64,000 bases of DNA from an uncultured delta proteobacterium (GCA_963842085.1 CAWJET010000001.1:960001-1024000), one strand, 5' to 3'; shown: positions 19,875 through 32,170, numbered from the stretch's first letter. Program-made: numbers and translations. Notes: generated from the sequence alone by a model not told the origin.

Positions 19875-21416
19875 ATGGCTCGACGCAAAATGCCCTCTTC
19901 CGCTCGTCCTGAAACCGCGCGTCACGAGCACGGCCTGCCGGCGCTCAAGCCGTTGCGCGTGCTGGTGGCCGGCGAGGTAATCCTCGATCGCTATATCTGG
20001 GGCGACGTCGGGCGGATTTCGCCCGAGGCGCCGATCCCGATTCTGCGCGTGCAGCGGCGCGAGGAGAAGCCGGGCAACGCGGGCTTCGTGATGGCGAACC
20101 TGCGGGCGCTCGGCGCGGACGTGAGCGCGCTCAGCGTGGTAGGCGCGGATCGCAACGGCGGCCTGCTGCGCGAAATTTTCGCCGATCTCGGAATCGACAC
20201 CGGCTCGATTCTGATCGATCCCGACCGCCCCACGATCGTCAAAGATCGAATGCTCGGTTCCGTACAAGCGGCCCATCGCGCGACCCAGCAACTGCTCCGC
20301 GTCGATGAGGAAGACCCCAGCCCGCTCAAGCCGCCGCGCGAACGCGAGCTGATCGCGCGCCTCAAGTCGGAGCTGCGCAACTGCGACGGCGTTTTGATCT
20401 CGGATATCGATAAGGGCATGCTCACGCGGGCCGTGTTGCGCGCGCTGATCGACGGGGGCCGGGCGCGCGGAATCCCGGTGATCATCGATCCGCGCAGGAC
20501 CGAGGATTTTTCGATCTATCGCGGCGCCACCGCGCTCACCCCCAATCGCCACGAGACCGAAGTCGCAACCGGGATGCGCCTGACGGACCGCGACGCGTGG
20601 CGCAAAGCGGCCGAGACTCTCGTGCGCAAGCTTGGCCTCGAAGCGTGCCTGATAACGCTCGATCGCGACGGGATGTATCTGGCGGAGCGCGGCGGCCAGG
20701 ACACCTACGTCTCGACGATGCCGCGCGAGGTTTACGACGTGACGGGCGCGGGCGACGTGGTGCTGAGCGTGTTCGGGATGTTTGCGATCGCGGGGCTGGG
20801 CTTCTCGTCGGCGGCTAATATCGCGAACCTGGCCGCGAGCATCGAGGTAACCCGGATTGGCACGGAAGTTATCACGCGCGAAGATCTCGCGCGCGCATTG
20901 AGTCCCGCGCACTTAAGTTACGAGCGCAAAATCCATTCGGCGGACGAACTCAAGGCGGCGCTCGAACGCGAGCGGCGCGCCGGCCGGCGAATCGCCTTCA
21001 CCAACGGATGTTTCGACCTGCTGCACGCCGGACATATCCAGGCGCTCGCGTTTGCGCGCGCGCAGGCCGACGTGCTGGTGGTCGGACTCAACAGCGATCG
21101 CAGCGTGCGACAGCTCAAAGGCAACGGGCGCCCTATCTATCCCGCGGCGGAGCGCGCGAGAATCCTGGCCGCGCTGGAAGCGGTTGATTACGTCGTTGTG
21201 TTTGACGAAACGCGCGCCGAGAAGATTATTCGCGCGGTCAAACCCGACATTCTGGTCAAGGGCGAGGACTGGCGCGGCAAGCGGGTGGACGGCCAGGCGT
21301 TCGTCGAGTCGCGCGGCGGTAGAGTGGCGCTGGCGCCTTTGCTGGGCGGACGCTCCACCAGTGCGACTATCGATCGGATGAGTTCGACGGCGCGCGCGGA
21401 AAGAAACGGCGCCTGA
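19875..21416 (+). CDS. hldE: Bifunctional heptose-7-phosphate kinase / heptose-1-phosphate adenylyltransferase
   Basis: RISPEAPIP, DVTGAGD (PfkB), TNGCFDLLHAGH, GLNSD. Confidence 0.95.
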   Translation: MARRKMPSSARPETARHEHGLPALKPLRVLVAGEVILDRYIWGDVGRISPEAPIPILRVQRREEKPGNAGFVMANLRALGADVSALSVVGADRNGGLLREIFADLGIDTGSILIDPDRPTIVKDRMLGSVQAAHRATQQLLRVDEEDPSPLKPPRERELIARLKSELRNCDGVLISDIDKGMLTRAVLRALIDGGRARGIPVIIDPRRTEDFSIYRGATALTPNRHETEVATGMRLTDRDAWRKAAETLVRKLGLEACLITLDRDGMYLAERGGQDTYVSTMPREVYDVTGAGDVVLSVFGMFAIAGLGFSSAANIANLAASIEVTRIGTEVITREDLARALSPAHLSYERKIHSADELKAALERERRAGRRIAFTNGCFDLLHAGHIQALAFARAQADVLVVGLNSDRSVRQLKGNGRPIYPAAERARILAALEAVDYVVVFDETRAEKIIRAVKPDILVKGEDWRGKRVDGQAFVESRGGRVALAPLLGGRSTSATIDRMSSTARAERNGA

Positions 21417-23037
21417 TTTGGTCGCTGAATTGCTTGAGTTCCGGCATCGCCAGCATCCAGGCGCCGAACAAATAGAGCCCGCCGTAAGTCGAAAGAATCG
21501 CCAACCCCTGGATGCGTGGCCCGAATCCCGCCATCCGAAGTTTCAACATGAATCCAAGCGCAGCGGCTCCTAGAGCCAGCGCCCACAACTTCGCCAGATA
21601 CGGACGCTCGAGCCCGGTCCATCCGATGCGCCCGTTCAGCGCCCATCGCAGCATCGCAAACTCGACCCACCCCGCGGCGCCCGCCGAAACCGTCAGCCCG
21701 GCAACACCCCACTTCTGCGCGATTCCGAGCATCGGCGGCAGCGGCATCGCGCATAGATAGCCGAGCACCAGCGTCAGCACGACGCGGATCAGTGCGAATC
21801 GAAGCGGCGTGCGAGTATCGAACAGCGCGTAGAACGCCGAGTTGTACAGCCGGCCCATCGTAGCCGCTAGCAGCCCGATCCCCGAGCCCGCGAGCACGGC
21901 CCACACGTAGACCGCGTCGGCGCGGGTGAACGCGCCCGACTGATAAATCATCGCGACGATCACGTCGCCTAGAATCAAAAAGGCCGCGGACGACGGGACC
22001 ACCAGAAACGCGATTTGGCGCAGGCCGCGATTGAGCCGCCCGCGCAGGATCGTGCTCATCTGCTCCGGCATCGCACCTGCCGCGCGCGACATCGCGGGCA
22101 ACTCCGACGCCGCCACCGAGTATCCGAACAGGCTGATCGGCACCATGTAGAGCACCTGGCCGTAGTTGAGCGCGGCGACGGCGCCGGTCGGCAGGAGGCT
22201 CGCCAGCACGTTATCCACGTAGCTGCTCAGGTTGATGACGCCGCGGCTGATGACCACCGGCGTCAGATTGTGGAACACCGAGCGCAAGGGCGCGGCAACG
22301 CGCGCGAAGTCGATGCGATGCTTTCTGAGCAGCGCCAGCGTTTGCGGAACCTGCACCGCGATTTGCAAAGCGGAGCCGACGACAGACGCCCAAGAGATCG
22401 CGATCGCGAGACCGTCCTGCGAGCGGCGGGGGCCGTAATAAAGCAGCGCCGCGATCATCGCGATGTTCCACGCCACTGGCGCGGTGTACGAGACGAAAAA
22501 TTTGTGATGAGTGTTTAGAACGCCGAGAAACCATGCCGACACCACGAGCAACCCCGCCCCGGGAAACAGGATGCGCACGATCTGGATCGTCAAGTCGCGC
22601 TTGTCGCCCTCGAAGCCCGGCGCGATCACGTCGATCAGATACGGCGTCACCATCACGCCGATCGCCACCATCACCGAGACGCCGAGCGTCAGAATGGCGC
22701 CGACACCCCACGCGACCATGTCGGCGGTCTCGGCGTCGCCCTCGCCCAGCAGTTTTCCGTAAACCGGGATGAACGACGCGGACAGTACGCCCTCGCCGAA
22801 CAGGTTCTGCAAAACGTTCGGGATGCGAAAGCCCGCTTTGAACGCGTCTGCGGTGGCCGAATCGCCGAGGAAATGAGCGAAGATGCTGTCGCGGACGAGA
22901 CCGGCTATCCGGCTGAGCAACACGCCTGCGGCGATCGTGCCTGCCCGGCTGGCGCCCGAGCCGCTCGCGCCGGCGACGCCGGCAGGCGGCTTGACGCGCG
23001 GTTCGTTGCGATCGTGATTGGGTGCGATTTCGGACAA
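21367..23037 (-). CDS. murJ: Lipid II flippase MurJ/MviN
   Basis: SRIAGLVRD, FRIPN..LFGEGVLSASFIP; start uncertain. Confidence 0.93.
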   Translation of the reverse strand: MSEIAPNHDRNEPRVKPPAGVAGASGSGASRAGTIAAGVLLSRIAGLVRDSIFAHFLGDSATADAFKAGFRIPNVLQNLFGEGVLSASFIPVYGKLLGEGDAETADMVAWGVGAILTLGVSVMVAIGVMVTPYLIDVIAPGFEGDKRDLTIQIVRILFPGAGLLVVSAWFLGVLNTHHKFFVSYTAPVAWNIAMIAALLYYGPRRSQDGLAIAISWASVVGSALQIAVQVPQTLALLRKHRIDFARVAAPLRSVFHNLTPVVISRGVINLSSYVDNVLASLLPTGAVAALNYGQVLYMVPISLFGYSVAASELPAMSRAAGAMPEQMSTILRGRLNRGLRQIAFLVVPSSAAFLILGDVIVAMIYQSGAFTRADAVYVWAVLAGSGIGLLAATMGRLYNSAFYALFDTRTPLRFALIRVVLTLVLGYLCAMPLPPMLGIAQKWGVAGLTVSAGAAGWVEFAMLRWALNGRIGWTGLERPYLAKLWALALGAAALGFMLKLRMAGFGPRIQGLAILSTYGGLYLFGAWMLAMPELKQFSDQIRRRFFPRAPSNSSDR

Positions 23038-23115
23038 GTTGCCTCTGACGCAGGGAGTATAGCGACCGCCTGAGGCGCGTAGTAGCGGGCGTCGAAGGCG
23101 CGCTACAATCGACCC

Positions 23116-24270
23116 GTGAGCTTTTCGCTTTACGTCCATATTCCGTGGTGCCAATCGAAGTGCCCGTACTGCGACTTCAATTCGCATGCGGCGGCGTCGT
23201 GGCCGGAAGCGGATTACACGCGCGCACTGACTTCGGAGCTTGAATACAGGGCGAGCACTCCGTCGTATTCAGGTCAACGCCTCAAGACGATCTTTTTTGG
23301 TGGCGGAACGCCGTCGCTTTTCGAGCCCAAATCCATCGGCGCGATAATCGACGCCGCCAATCGCGTGTGCGGCATCGAACACGACGCCGAGATAACGCTC
23401 GAAGCGAATCCCGGCACGGTGGCCCTGGCGAAACTCGTCGGGATGCGCGCGGCCGGCGTGAATCGAATCAGCTTCGGCGCGCAATCGTTCAATGCGACGA
23501 CGCTCAAGTTTCTTGGCCGAATTCACAGCGCCGACCAAACCCGCGCGGCGGCAAAGATGGCGCATGGCGCGCGCTTCGATCGGCTCAATCTCGATTTGAT
23601 CTTCGCGGTTCCGGGACAAACGATTGCCGACGTGCTGTTCGACATCGAATCGGCGGCCGCGCTCGAACCGGATCACCTGTCGGCTTACAACCTGACCTTC
23701 GAAGAAGGCACCGCTTTTTTCACGGACTTGAAACGCGGACGAATCAAACAGCTCGCCACTGACGAGCAAGCCGCGATGTATCAAACGGTGCGCGAGGAAA
23801 TCCCGCGGCGCGGTTACGCGATGTATGAAATTTCGAACTACGCGGCGCCCGGTCACGAAGCACGCCACAATCTGACGTACTGGCGCGGGCAGACGTACCT
23901 CGGAATCGGCGCGGGCGCACATAGCTATGCAGGCCACGGGCGTGGCGGCCAGCGAAAGCGATGGTGGAATGAGAGACTGCCGGCGCGTTACATCGCCGCG
24001 ATCGAAGAGCGCCAAAGTGCGGAGGCCGGCGCCGAAACGATCGACGAAGCCACCGCACAGAGTGAGTTTGTGTTCCTGAATCTACGGCTGCGCGAAGGCT
24101 TCGCGCTGGCCGACTTTCACCAGCGCTTCGGCCGCAACTTCGAATGCATCTTCGGCAGTATCGCCACTCCGCTGTTCAACAACGGCTTGCTGACGCTCGA
24201 GCGCGGACGAATCAAACTGACCGACCGCGGCCTCGAGATGGCCGACTCGGTGTTCGCCGAATTCGTTTAG
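23116..24270 (+). CDS. hemW: Radical SAM heme chaperone HemW
   Basis: YVHIPWCQSKCPYCDF, FGGGTPS, YEISNY, HNLTYW. Confidence 0.93.
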   Translation: MSFSLYVHIPWCQSKCPYCDFNSHAAASWPEADYTRALTSELEYRASTPSYSGQRLKTIFFGGGTPSLFEPKSIGAIIDAANRVCGIEHDAEITLEANPGTVALAKLVGMRAAGVNRISFGAQSFNATTLKFLGRIHSADQTRAAAKMAHGARFDRLNLDLIFAVPGQTIADVLFDIESAAALEPDHLSAYNLTFEEGTAFFTDLKRGRIKQLATDEQAAMYQTVREEIPRRGYAMYEISNYAAPGHEARHNLTYWRGQTYLGIGAGAHSYAGHGRGGQRKRWWNERLPARYIAAIEERQSAEAGAETIDEATAQSEFVFLNLRLREGFALADFHQRFGRNFECIFGSIATPLFNNGLLTLERGRIKLTDRGLEMADSVFAEFV

Positions 24271-25886
24271 GCGGCTCGGCTGATGGTTGCGTCGAGCAGT
24301 TCGACGATGCGCGCCGGGGTGGCGAGCCGGATGAACGCGCCGAGGCGCGGGCCGCGCTCCTGGCCGAGAATCGAGCGATAGAGCAGCGGAAAAATCTTGC
24401 CGGGCTTGTCGTAATTTTCGCGTCCGAGATCGTAAATCTTCTTCTCGATCTCTTCGGCGCTCGCGCCCTGGTTTTCGCGCAGGTACGCCGCGAGACTTTT
24501 CAGTTGCGCGCGCTCGGTATCCGACGGCGTGTAGGGCTTCTTCGCGGGCTCGATAAAATCGCGGTAGAAATTGAGTGCGCATTCCATCAGCGCCCGCCCC
24601 ATCGCCTCGGTTTCGGGATCGCCCGCGATCGACGCGTCGTAGCGGACGATGTAATTCCAGATGAAATCGCGATCCGAACTGCCCAGCGCGGCGACCAGGT
24701 TCATCATCATCCCGAAGCTGAGCGTCGAGTTGAATCGCCTCGGCGTCGTGCTCTGGATGACGAATTCGAGAACCGACTCGCGCCGCTGTTCTTCCGACGC
24801 CGCCGCGTATTCGCGCAACGCGTCGAGGTATTCATCGACGTATTGCGGAATCGCCTCGAGAAACAACTTGCGCGCGCGGCGCGGATTGAGCAGCAGGAAA
24901 AATTTGAGCACCTCGATCGGCGCGTAACGCGTCCACTGCTCGACGGTCACGCCCCGGCCGACCGACTTCGAGACCTTGCGCCCGTCTTCGTCGAGGAACA
25001 TCTCGAATGGGAATCCGAGCGGCGGCTGCGCGCCCATCACGCGGAGAATCTGTCCCGAGAGCCGCGCCGAGTCGGTGAGATCCTTGCCGTACAATTCGTA
25101 ATCGACCTTGAGCACGTACCATCGCAGCGCCCAATCGACCTTCCATTGCACCTTGGCCTTGCCCCCGAGCACCGACTGCTCGCCGCGGAAACCGCAGCCC
25201 GAGGTGCCGCCCGCGCTCTTTTCGCAGGTAAACTCGATTGAAGCGCGCTCGGGGTGATACGCCGACACCGTTCGCTCGACGACTTGCCCGCAGTTGGGAC
25301 AAATCGGCATGAACGGCGACCATCCCGCGCGATTTTCCTCGCGCAGCGTCGGCGCGATGATCGCGATGATCTCCGCGTGTTTTTCGAGGATCACCTTGAG
25401 GCCCGCGTCGAAGCGCCCCGACGAGTACATCTCGGCCGCGCGCATCAGTTCGTACTCGACTTCGACCGGCGCCAGGAATCCGCCGAGCAACCCGAGCATG
25501 TGGTCGGCAAAGCTGGCGCAGCATCCGAATGGGTCGGGGATTTTCGAGACCGGGATGCCCAGGTACTGCTCGACGTCCTCGCGATTCGGCACGTTCTCCG
25601 GTACTTTGCGGAGTCCGTCGAGATCGTCGATGAAAACAATCAGGCGCGACGGCCGGGACGGCTCGATCTGATGAAACGCCTTGCGCACGAACGACGGGCG
25701 TAGAATCTCTGCCATCGTGCCCAGATGCGGCAATCCCGACGGCCCGAAGCCACTCTGGAAAATTACCGGACGCGCCGGCTCGTATGCTGCGACGCGCTCT
25801 GCGAGCCGCCGAGCTTCTTCACGCGGCCATAATTCGGCAACAACTGTGTTGCCTGGTTGCGAATCGGACCTCGAAGCACCCGCCAT
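24267..25886 (-). CDS. lysS: Lysine--tRNA ligase, class I
   Basis: GPSGLPHLGT, DDLDGLRKVP, WKVDWALRW, KVSKS, GQERGPRLG. Confidence 0.95.
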   Translation of the reverse strand: MAGASRSDSQPGNTVVAELWPREEARRLAERVAAYEPARPVIFQSGFGPSGLPHLGTMAEILRPSFVRKAFHQIEPSRPSRLIVFIDDLDGLRKVPENVPNREDVEQYLGIPVSKIPDPFGCCASFADHMLGLLGGFLAPVEVEYELMRAAEMYSSGRFDAGLKVILEKHAEIIAIIAPTLREENRAGWSPFMPICPNCGQVVERTVSAYHPERASIEFTCEKSAGGTSGCGFRGEQSVLGGKAKVQWKVDWALRWYVLKVDYELYGKDLTDSARLSGQILRVMGAQPPLGFPFEMFLDEDGRKVSKSVGRGVTVEQWTRYAPIEVLKFFLLLNPRRARKLFLEAIPQYVDEYLDALREYAAASEEQRRESVLEFVIQSTTPRRFNSTLSFGMMMNLVAALGSSDRDFIWNYIVRYDASIAGDPETEAMGRALMECALNFYRDFIEPAKKPYTPSDTERAQLKSLAAYLRENQGASAEEIEKKIYDLGRENYDKPGKIFPLLYRSILGQERGPRLGAFIRLATPARIVELLDATISRAA

Positions 25887-25902
25887 CGATTGAATCTCTT
25901 CC

Positions 25903-26154
25903 TCAGCTTTCCGGCTTGTCGGGATCTTTGCCGCGCAGCACGCTGGCGACCGCCTCGTGTATCCATGGATCGATCTGCAGGTCGCGATTTTTCTCCGAGG
26001 CGAGCCGCAGTTTAACCGCGCAGTTGCCGCAGATAAAGGCCTGCTGGCGAAAGCCCGCGGTATCTTCGACGGAAATGCGCAGCAGCCACTCGGCGAATTC
26101 GCGGCGGCAGATCACGCAGTGGTATTTGTTAGAATGTGAATTCGAGGATTCCAT
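25903..26154 (-). CDS. Small hypothetical protein with CxxC...CxxC zinc-binding motif
   Basis: HCVICRR and ICGNC; fills the gap upstream of lysS. Confidence 0.65.
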   Translation of the reverse strand: MESSNSHSNKYHCVICRREFAEWLLRISVEDTAGFRQQAFICGNCAVKLRLASEKNRDLQIDPWIHEAVASVLRGKDPDKPES

Positions 26155-26385
26155 GAGCGTTGTTATTCTATATCATTGCGTCAACTCTTTGCGCTGTGAT
26201 ATTCCCCTTCCACCGATGATTCCCACGACGCGTCGCCAGGATAGAGAATACCGCCGCTTGCATTTTCGGACCGCCGGTCCCGTTATTCGGGCCAATCGCG
26301 GGCCAGGCGCCACCACTCGAGCAGTCTGCAAATAAGCCGCTGACTCACCGGTCGTCGCTCGACGCGACCCGGGACTTTCCATTTT

Positions 26386-27432
26386 ATGGATCAGGCGTTC
26401 ACCAAACAGAAAATCAAGGAATTGCGCGCGCTGGTCGGCGAGGGCGATCGCATCGCTATCGTCTTGCAGGACGATCCTGATCCCGACGCCATGGCTAGCG
26501 CGATGGCGCTGCGCACGCTGCTCGGGCGCAACAAGCAGACCACGCCGTGCTTCGCGTTCAAGCCCGTCACGCGGCCGGAAAATCGCACGATGGTGCATCT
26601 GCTGGAGATAGCAATCCAGCCCGCCACCACCGAGGACCTGCGCTCGTTCGACAAGATTGCGATGGTCGACGTTCAGCCGCCGTACTTCGGCGAGAAACTT
26701 CCGCGCGCCGACATCGCGATCGATCATCATCCCGGCTACGCCGGCGGGGCCGCTCCGTTCGAGGACGTGCGCACGAAATACGGCGCGACTTCGACGATCA
26801 TGACCGAGTACCTGGTTACCGCTGACGAAAAAATCAGCGAGCGCTTGGCGACCGCGCTGCTCTACGGAATTCGCAGCGACACTTTGGCCTTGTCGCGCCG
26901 CGTGACCGACGACGACCTGCAAGCGTTCACGCTGCTCGTTCCGCTGGCTAACTACAGTTTGCTCCGGCAGATCGATCGTCCCGAGCTGCCGCTTAGTTTC
27001 GCGCAAATCCTGGCGCGCGCGATGAAACGGATGGTGGTCAAGGATCACCTGGTCGTGCTCAATCTTGGCCGCGTCGAGCGCGACGACCTGATCGTGCAGA
27101 TGGCGGACTTCTGCCTGCAGTTCGAGGGCGTGGCGTGGGTCGCGGTCGCGGGCAAACTTGGCGGCCAGCTCGTGATAAGTGTGCGCAACCACGGCATGAG
27201 CGGCAACAATGCCGGCGAGACAGTCAAGAGCTTGTTCGCCGATATCGGCAGCGCCGGCGGCCACCGCAACATGTCCAAGGCGGTAATTCCCTTGCGCGCG
27301 TGGCGCCGGCGCGAGGGCACTACCCGCGACTCGCAAATCGAATCGCGCTTGCGTGAGTTGTTCACCGCGCGCATCAAGGGCGAGGCCGAAGCCAACGCGG
27401 TTCGCGCTGCGCCCGGCCGCAACGGCAACTGA
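26386..27432 (+). CDS. DHH-family phosphoesterase
   Basis: DPDPDAMAS, IDHH, GIRSDT, SAGGH. Confidence 0.92.
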   Translation: MDQAFTKQKIKELRALVGEGDRIAIVLQDDPDPDAMASAMALRTLLGRNKQTTPCFAFKPVTRPENRTMVHLLEIAIQPATTEDLRSFDKIAMVDVQPPYFGEKLPRADIAIDHHPGYAGGAAPFEDVRTKYGATSTIMTEYLVTADEKISERLATALLYGIRSDTLALSRRVTDDDLQAFTLLVPLANYSLLRQIDRPELPLSFAQILARAMKRMVVKDHLVVLNLGRVERDDLIVQMADFCLQFEGVAWVAVAGKLGGQLVISVRNHGMSGNNAGETVKSLFADIGSAGGHRNMSKAVIPLRAWRRREGTTRDSQIESRLRELFTARIKGEAEANAVRAAPGRNGN

Positions 27433-27519
27433 CTCGCGAGGCACGGCGAGACCAGTCTGCCGTTTACCGGTTTTGCCGATTTCCATATCGTAGTTGGCGC
27501 CCGTGCGTAGTCTGTTGCG

Positions 27520-28974
27520 ATGAGTTCGAAGCCCTCCAGAATCTCCGCCTTCGAGTTTCTGGCGCCGATGATCGTCGGCTGCGCGCTGTTCATGGAAATG
27601 CTCGACGCGACGGTCATCTCGACCGCGCTGCCCGCGATGGCCAAGTCGCTGGGCGAGGATCCGATCAAGCTCAATCTCGCGATCACCTCCTACCTGCTGA
27701 GCCTCGCCGTTTTCATTCCGATCAGCGGCTGGATGGCGGATCGATTCGGCGCGCGCACGGTCTTTCGCGCTGCGATCGTGATTTTCACTGTCGGTTCGGT
27801 ACTCTGCGGACTGTCGCATTCGCTGCCGCAACTGGTCGCGGCGCGGATTGCGCAAGGCTTTGGCGGGGCCATGATGGTCCCCGTCGGCCGCCTGATCGTT
27901 CTGAAGACCGTCGCCAAGTCCGACCTCGTCACCGCGATGTCTTATCTGACCGTGCCCGCCGTGTTGGGTCCGGTGGTCGGGCCGCCGGTCGGCGGGTTCA
28001 TCGTGACCTACTATTCCTGGCGCTGGATTTTCTTCATCAACGTGCCCATCGGCGCGATCGGTATCACGCTGGTCACGTGGTACATCCCCAACATCCGCGA
28101 CAATAATGTTTTCCCGCTCGACCTGCGCGGCTTTCTGCTTACCGGCCTGGGGCTGGCGGGCATGGTCTCCGCGTTCGAGTCGATCGGCCGCGGCGTCATT
28201 CCCGCCGGCGTCATCATGTGCGTGATGGCCGCCGGAGGCATGTGCATGGCGCTTTACCTACTTCACGCGCGGCGCATCGACTATCCGATCATCAATCTTG
28301 GTTTGCTGAAAGTCCCAACCTTCGCCGCGGCTACTCTTGGCGGCGGACTCTTTCGCATGGGCATCGGCGCCTTGCCGTTCCTGTTGGCAATGCTGCTGCA
28401 ATTGGTTTTCGGTCTCAGCCCGTTCGCTTCCGGCATGCTGACGTTCACCAGCGCCGCCGGCGCCTTGTTCATGAAGGTCACGGCGACGCCGATCATTCGC
28501 CGCTTCGGGTTTCGCTCGGTGCTGATCTCCAACGGCGTGCTCAGCGCCTTCATCATGATGAGTTACGCGCTGTTCCGCTCGACCACGTCCCACTACGTCA
28601 TCGTGCTGGCGCTCCTGTCGGGAGGGTTCTTCCGCTCGCTCCAATTCACGGCGCTGGGAAGCCTGGCCTACGCCGACGTGCCCGACTCGTTGATGAGCAA
28701 CGCGAGTACCCTGGCGAGCATGGCGCAGCAATTGTTCTTGAGCCTCGGCGTGGCGATCGGCGCGATGCTGCTGCACCTCAGCCTGGGCGCGCGCGGCGCG
28801 GCTCACCTGTCAGCGCACGATTTCACGCCGGCCTTCGTGGTCATGGGAGTTCTCGCGCTGCTGTCGTCGCTGCTATTCATGCCGCTCGAGTATCATGCCG
28901 GCGCTGAAGTTAGCGGCCGTCAAAGAGGTGTCGAGCTTTCTCGCACGGCGCAGACGGTTCCGGAGGCGGATTGA
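27520..28974 (+). CDS. DHA2-family MFS efflux transporter
   Basis: LDATVISTALP, GWMADRFG, WRWIFFINVPIG. Confidence 0.95.
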   Translation: MSSKPSRISAFEFLAPMIVGCALFMEMLDATVISTALPAMAKSLGEDPIKLNLAITSYLLSLAVFIPISGWMADRFGARTVFRAAIVIFTVGSVLCGLSHSLPQLVAARIAQGFGGAMMVPVGRLIVLKTVAKSDLVTAMSYLTVPAVLGPVVGPPVGGFIVTYYSWRWIFFINVPIGAIGITLVTWYIPNIRDNNVFPLDLRGFLLTGLGLAGMVSAFESIGRGVIPAGVIMCVMAAGGMCMALYLLHARRIDYPIINLGLLKVPTFAAATLGGGLFRMGIGALPFLLAMLLQLVFGLSPFASGMLTFTSAAGALFMKVTATPIIRRFGFRSVLISNGVLSAFIMMSYALFRSTTSHYVIVLALLSGGFFRSLQFTALGSLAYADVPDSLMSNASTLASMAQQLFLSLGVAIGAMLLHLSLGARGAAHLSAHDFTPAFVVMGVLALLSSLLFMPLEYHAGAEVSGRQRGVELSRTAQTVPEAD

Positions 28975-29023
28975 TCGGGCGCGGTCGTTTACCGAAGCCG
29001 TCGATACCTTTATCGTAATCCCC

Positions 29024-29299
29024 GTGAACGTGGCGGAGGCGACTGTGGAGGTCAAAAACCGGCTCGGACTTCATCTGCGGGCCGCATCCGCGCTCGCGCA
29101 GACGGCCGCGCAATTCACCTCGAAGGTTATGATTGGTCCGGGCAAGGACGAGCTGGTCAACGCCAAAAGCATTTCCTACCTCATGATGCTGGGCGCCGCT
29201 CAAGGCTCCAAGCTCAAGGTCCGCGCCGAAGGCGCTGACGCGCGCGAGGCTCTCAAAGCCGTCCAGACTTTGTTCGACGACCGCTTCGGCGAGGAATAA
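29024..29299 (+). CDS. ptsH: HPr phosphocarrier protein
   Basis: NRLGLHLRAA (His15 region), VNAKSI (Ser46 region), FGEE end. Confidence 0.93.
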   Translation: MNVAEATVEVKNRLGLHLRAASALAQTAAQFTSKVMIGPGKDELVNAKSISYLMMLGAAQGSKLKVRAEGADAREALKAVQTLFDDRFGEE

Positions 29300-29346
29300 C
29301 CGCCCTGAGCTCAAACCGCCTGGGCCTACCCGCAGAAGCCGCTATC

Positions 29347-29422
29347 TTGATTCTGTCCGATTGGTCAGTTATACCTTCACTACCTGAAAATCTTACGGCG
29401 CACTGCCGTTTTTCCATTTTTC
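29347..29422 (+). promoter_or_regulatory. sigma70-like promoter followed by a terminator-like hairpin upstream of metK
   Basis: TTGATT-17-TATACC; ACGGC-gcact-GCCGT followed by T runs. Confidence 0.4.
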
Positions 29423-29570
29423 TACTGTCTGGCAGGCGCTATGCTGACCTTCTGGAACAGAACTCAATTGAAGCCCTCAGTCCGCCGCGCCGCCCGCATA
29501 AGTTGATTTCCGGTCTGCGACGGGCCACTCGAAAACCCGAAAAGCGCTTTCCAAGGAGCAATCGCGAATA

Positions 29571-30758
<1,188 letters not shown>

Positions 30759-30831
30759 CAGCTACGGCAACCCGTTTCACCAAACCAAATAAAAACTTTC
30801 GTGAAAAAGACTTTCGGAGTTTTGAAACACG

Positions 30832-32148
30832 ATGGCCACGACCGCAAGAAAGCTCAAAGCACTCCCTAAATCCCGCACCAACGGCAACGGCCGCGACTTC
30901 GACGTGCATGACCTCGGACTCGCCGAGGCCGGACGCAAGCGAATCGAATGGGCCGACAAGCAGATGCCCGTGCTGCGCCGGCTGCGCGAGCGATTCGCCA
31001 GGGAACTGCCGCTCAAGGGCCAGCGCCTGGGCGCGTGCCTGCATATCACCTGCGAGACCGCCAACCTGCTCCGCACGCTCAAGGCGGGCGGCGCCGAAGT
31101 GCTCGCGTGCGCGTCGAATCCGCTCTCGACGCAGGATGACGTGGCGGCGGCGCTGGTCGATCAGTACGGCATCCCCACCTTTGCGATTCACGGCGAGGAT
31201 CGCGACACCTACTACGGCCATCTGCGCGCCGTGCTCGAGCGCCGTCCAACGATCACGATGGACGACGGCGCCGACCTCGTCAGCCTGCTTCACACCGAGT
31301 TCGCTCGCCAGGCCGACGACGTCAAGGCCAGCATGGAAGAGACGACCACGGGAGTGATCCGGCTCCGCGCGATGGCCAAGGACGGCGCGCTCAAGATTCC
31401 GGTCGTCGCCGTCAACGACGCGCAGACCAAGCATCTGTTCGACAACCGTTACGGCACGGGCCAGTCCACGCTCGACGGCATCATCCGCGCCACCGGCGTT
31501 CTGATCGCGGGCTCGGTCGTGGTCGTTGCGGGCTACGGCTATTGCGGCCGCGGCATCGCGTCACGCGCGCGCGGCCTCGGCGCCGACGTAATCGTGACGG
31601 AAGTCAATCCGATTCGCGCGCTGGAAGCCGCGATGGACGGGTTTCGCGTGACGAAGATGGTCGAGGCGGCGAAGGTCGGCGACATCTTCATCACCGCGAC
31701 CGGCGACAAGCACGTTCTCACTTCCGCGCACTTCGGCCAGATGAAGGACGGCGCGTTCCTCAGCAACTCGGGCCATTTCGATATCGAGATCGACGTCGCG
31801 TACCTGAACGACGCCGCGAAAAAAGTCGAGCGCGACGTCACCCGCAACATCGACGCCTACCACTTATCCAACGGACGCATCGTGTATCTGCTCGGCGAAG
31901 GCCGGCTGGTGAATCTCGCATGCGCCGAAGGTCATCCGGCGCAGGTCATGGATATGAGTTTCGCCACCCAAGCGATGGCGTCAGAGTGGGCCGCAAAGAG
32001 CAATCAGCTGGCAGTCAAGGTCCACGAAGTGCCGGTCGAGATCGAAGAGGAAATCGCCGCCGTCAAGCTGGCCGCAATGAGCATCAAGATCGACACCCTG
32101 ACCGCCGAGCAGCGCAAGTACCTCGCGAGCTGGGAATCCGGCACTTAG
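30832..32148 (+). CDS. ahcY: Adenosylhomocysteinase
   Basis: [40 protein letters not shown]. Confidence 0.98.
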   Translation: MATTARKLKALPKSRTNGNGRDFDVHDLGLAEAGRKRIEWADKQMPVLRRLRERFARELPLKGQRLGACLHITCETANLLRTLKAGGAEVLACASNPLSTQDDVAAALVDQYGIPTFAIHGEDRDTYYGHLRAVLERRPTITMDDGADLVSLLHTEFARQADDVKASMEETTTGVIRLRAMAKDGALKIPVVAVNDAQTKHLFDNRYGTGQSTLDGIIRATGVLIAGSVVVVAGYGYCGRGIASRARGLGADVIVTEVNPIRALEAAMDGFRVTKMVEAAKVGDIFITATGDKHVLTSAHFGQMKDGAFLSNSGHFDIEIDVAYLNDAAKKVERDVTRNIDAYHLSNGRIVYLLGEGRLVNLACAEGHPAQVMDMSFATQAMASEWAAKSNQLAVKVHEVPVEIEEEIAAVKLAAMSIKIDTLTAEQRKYLASWESGT

Positions 32149-32170
32149 CGGGCGGTCATCCAGCACCGCG

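Noticed and set aside
29380-29570. Known SAM/SAH riboswitch before metK
   Set aside because: No recognisable consensus elements.
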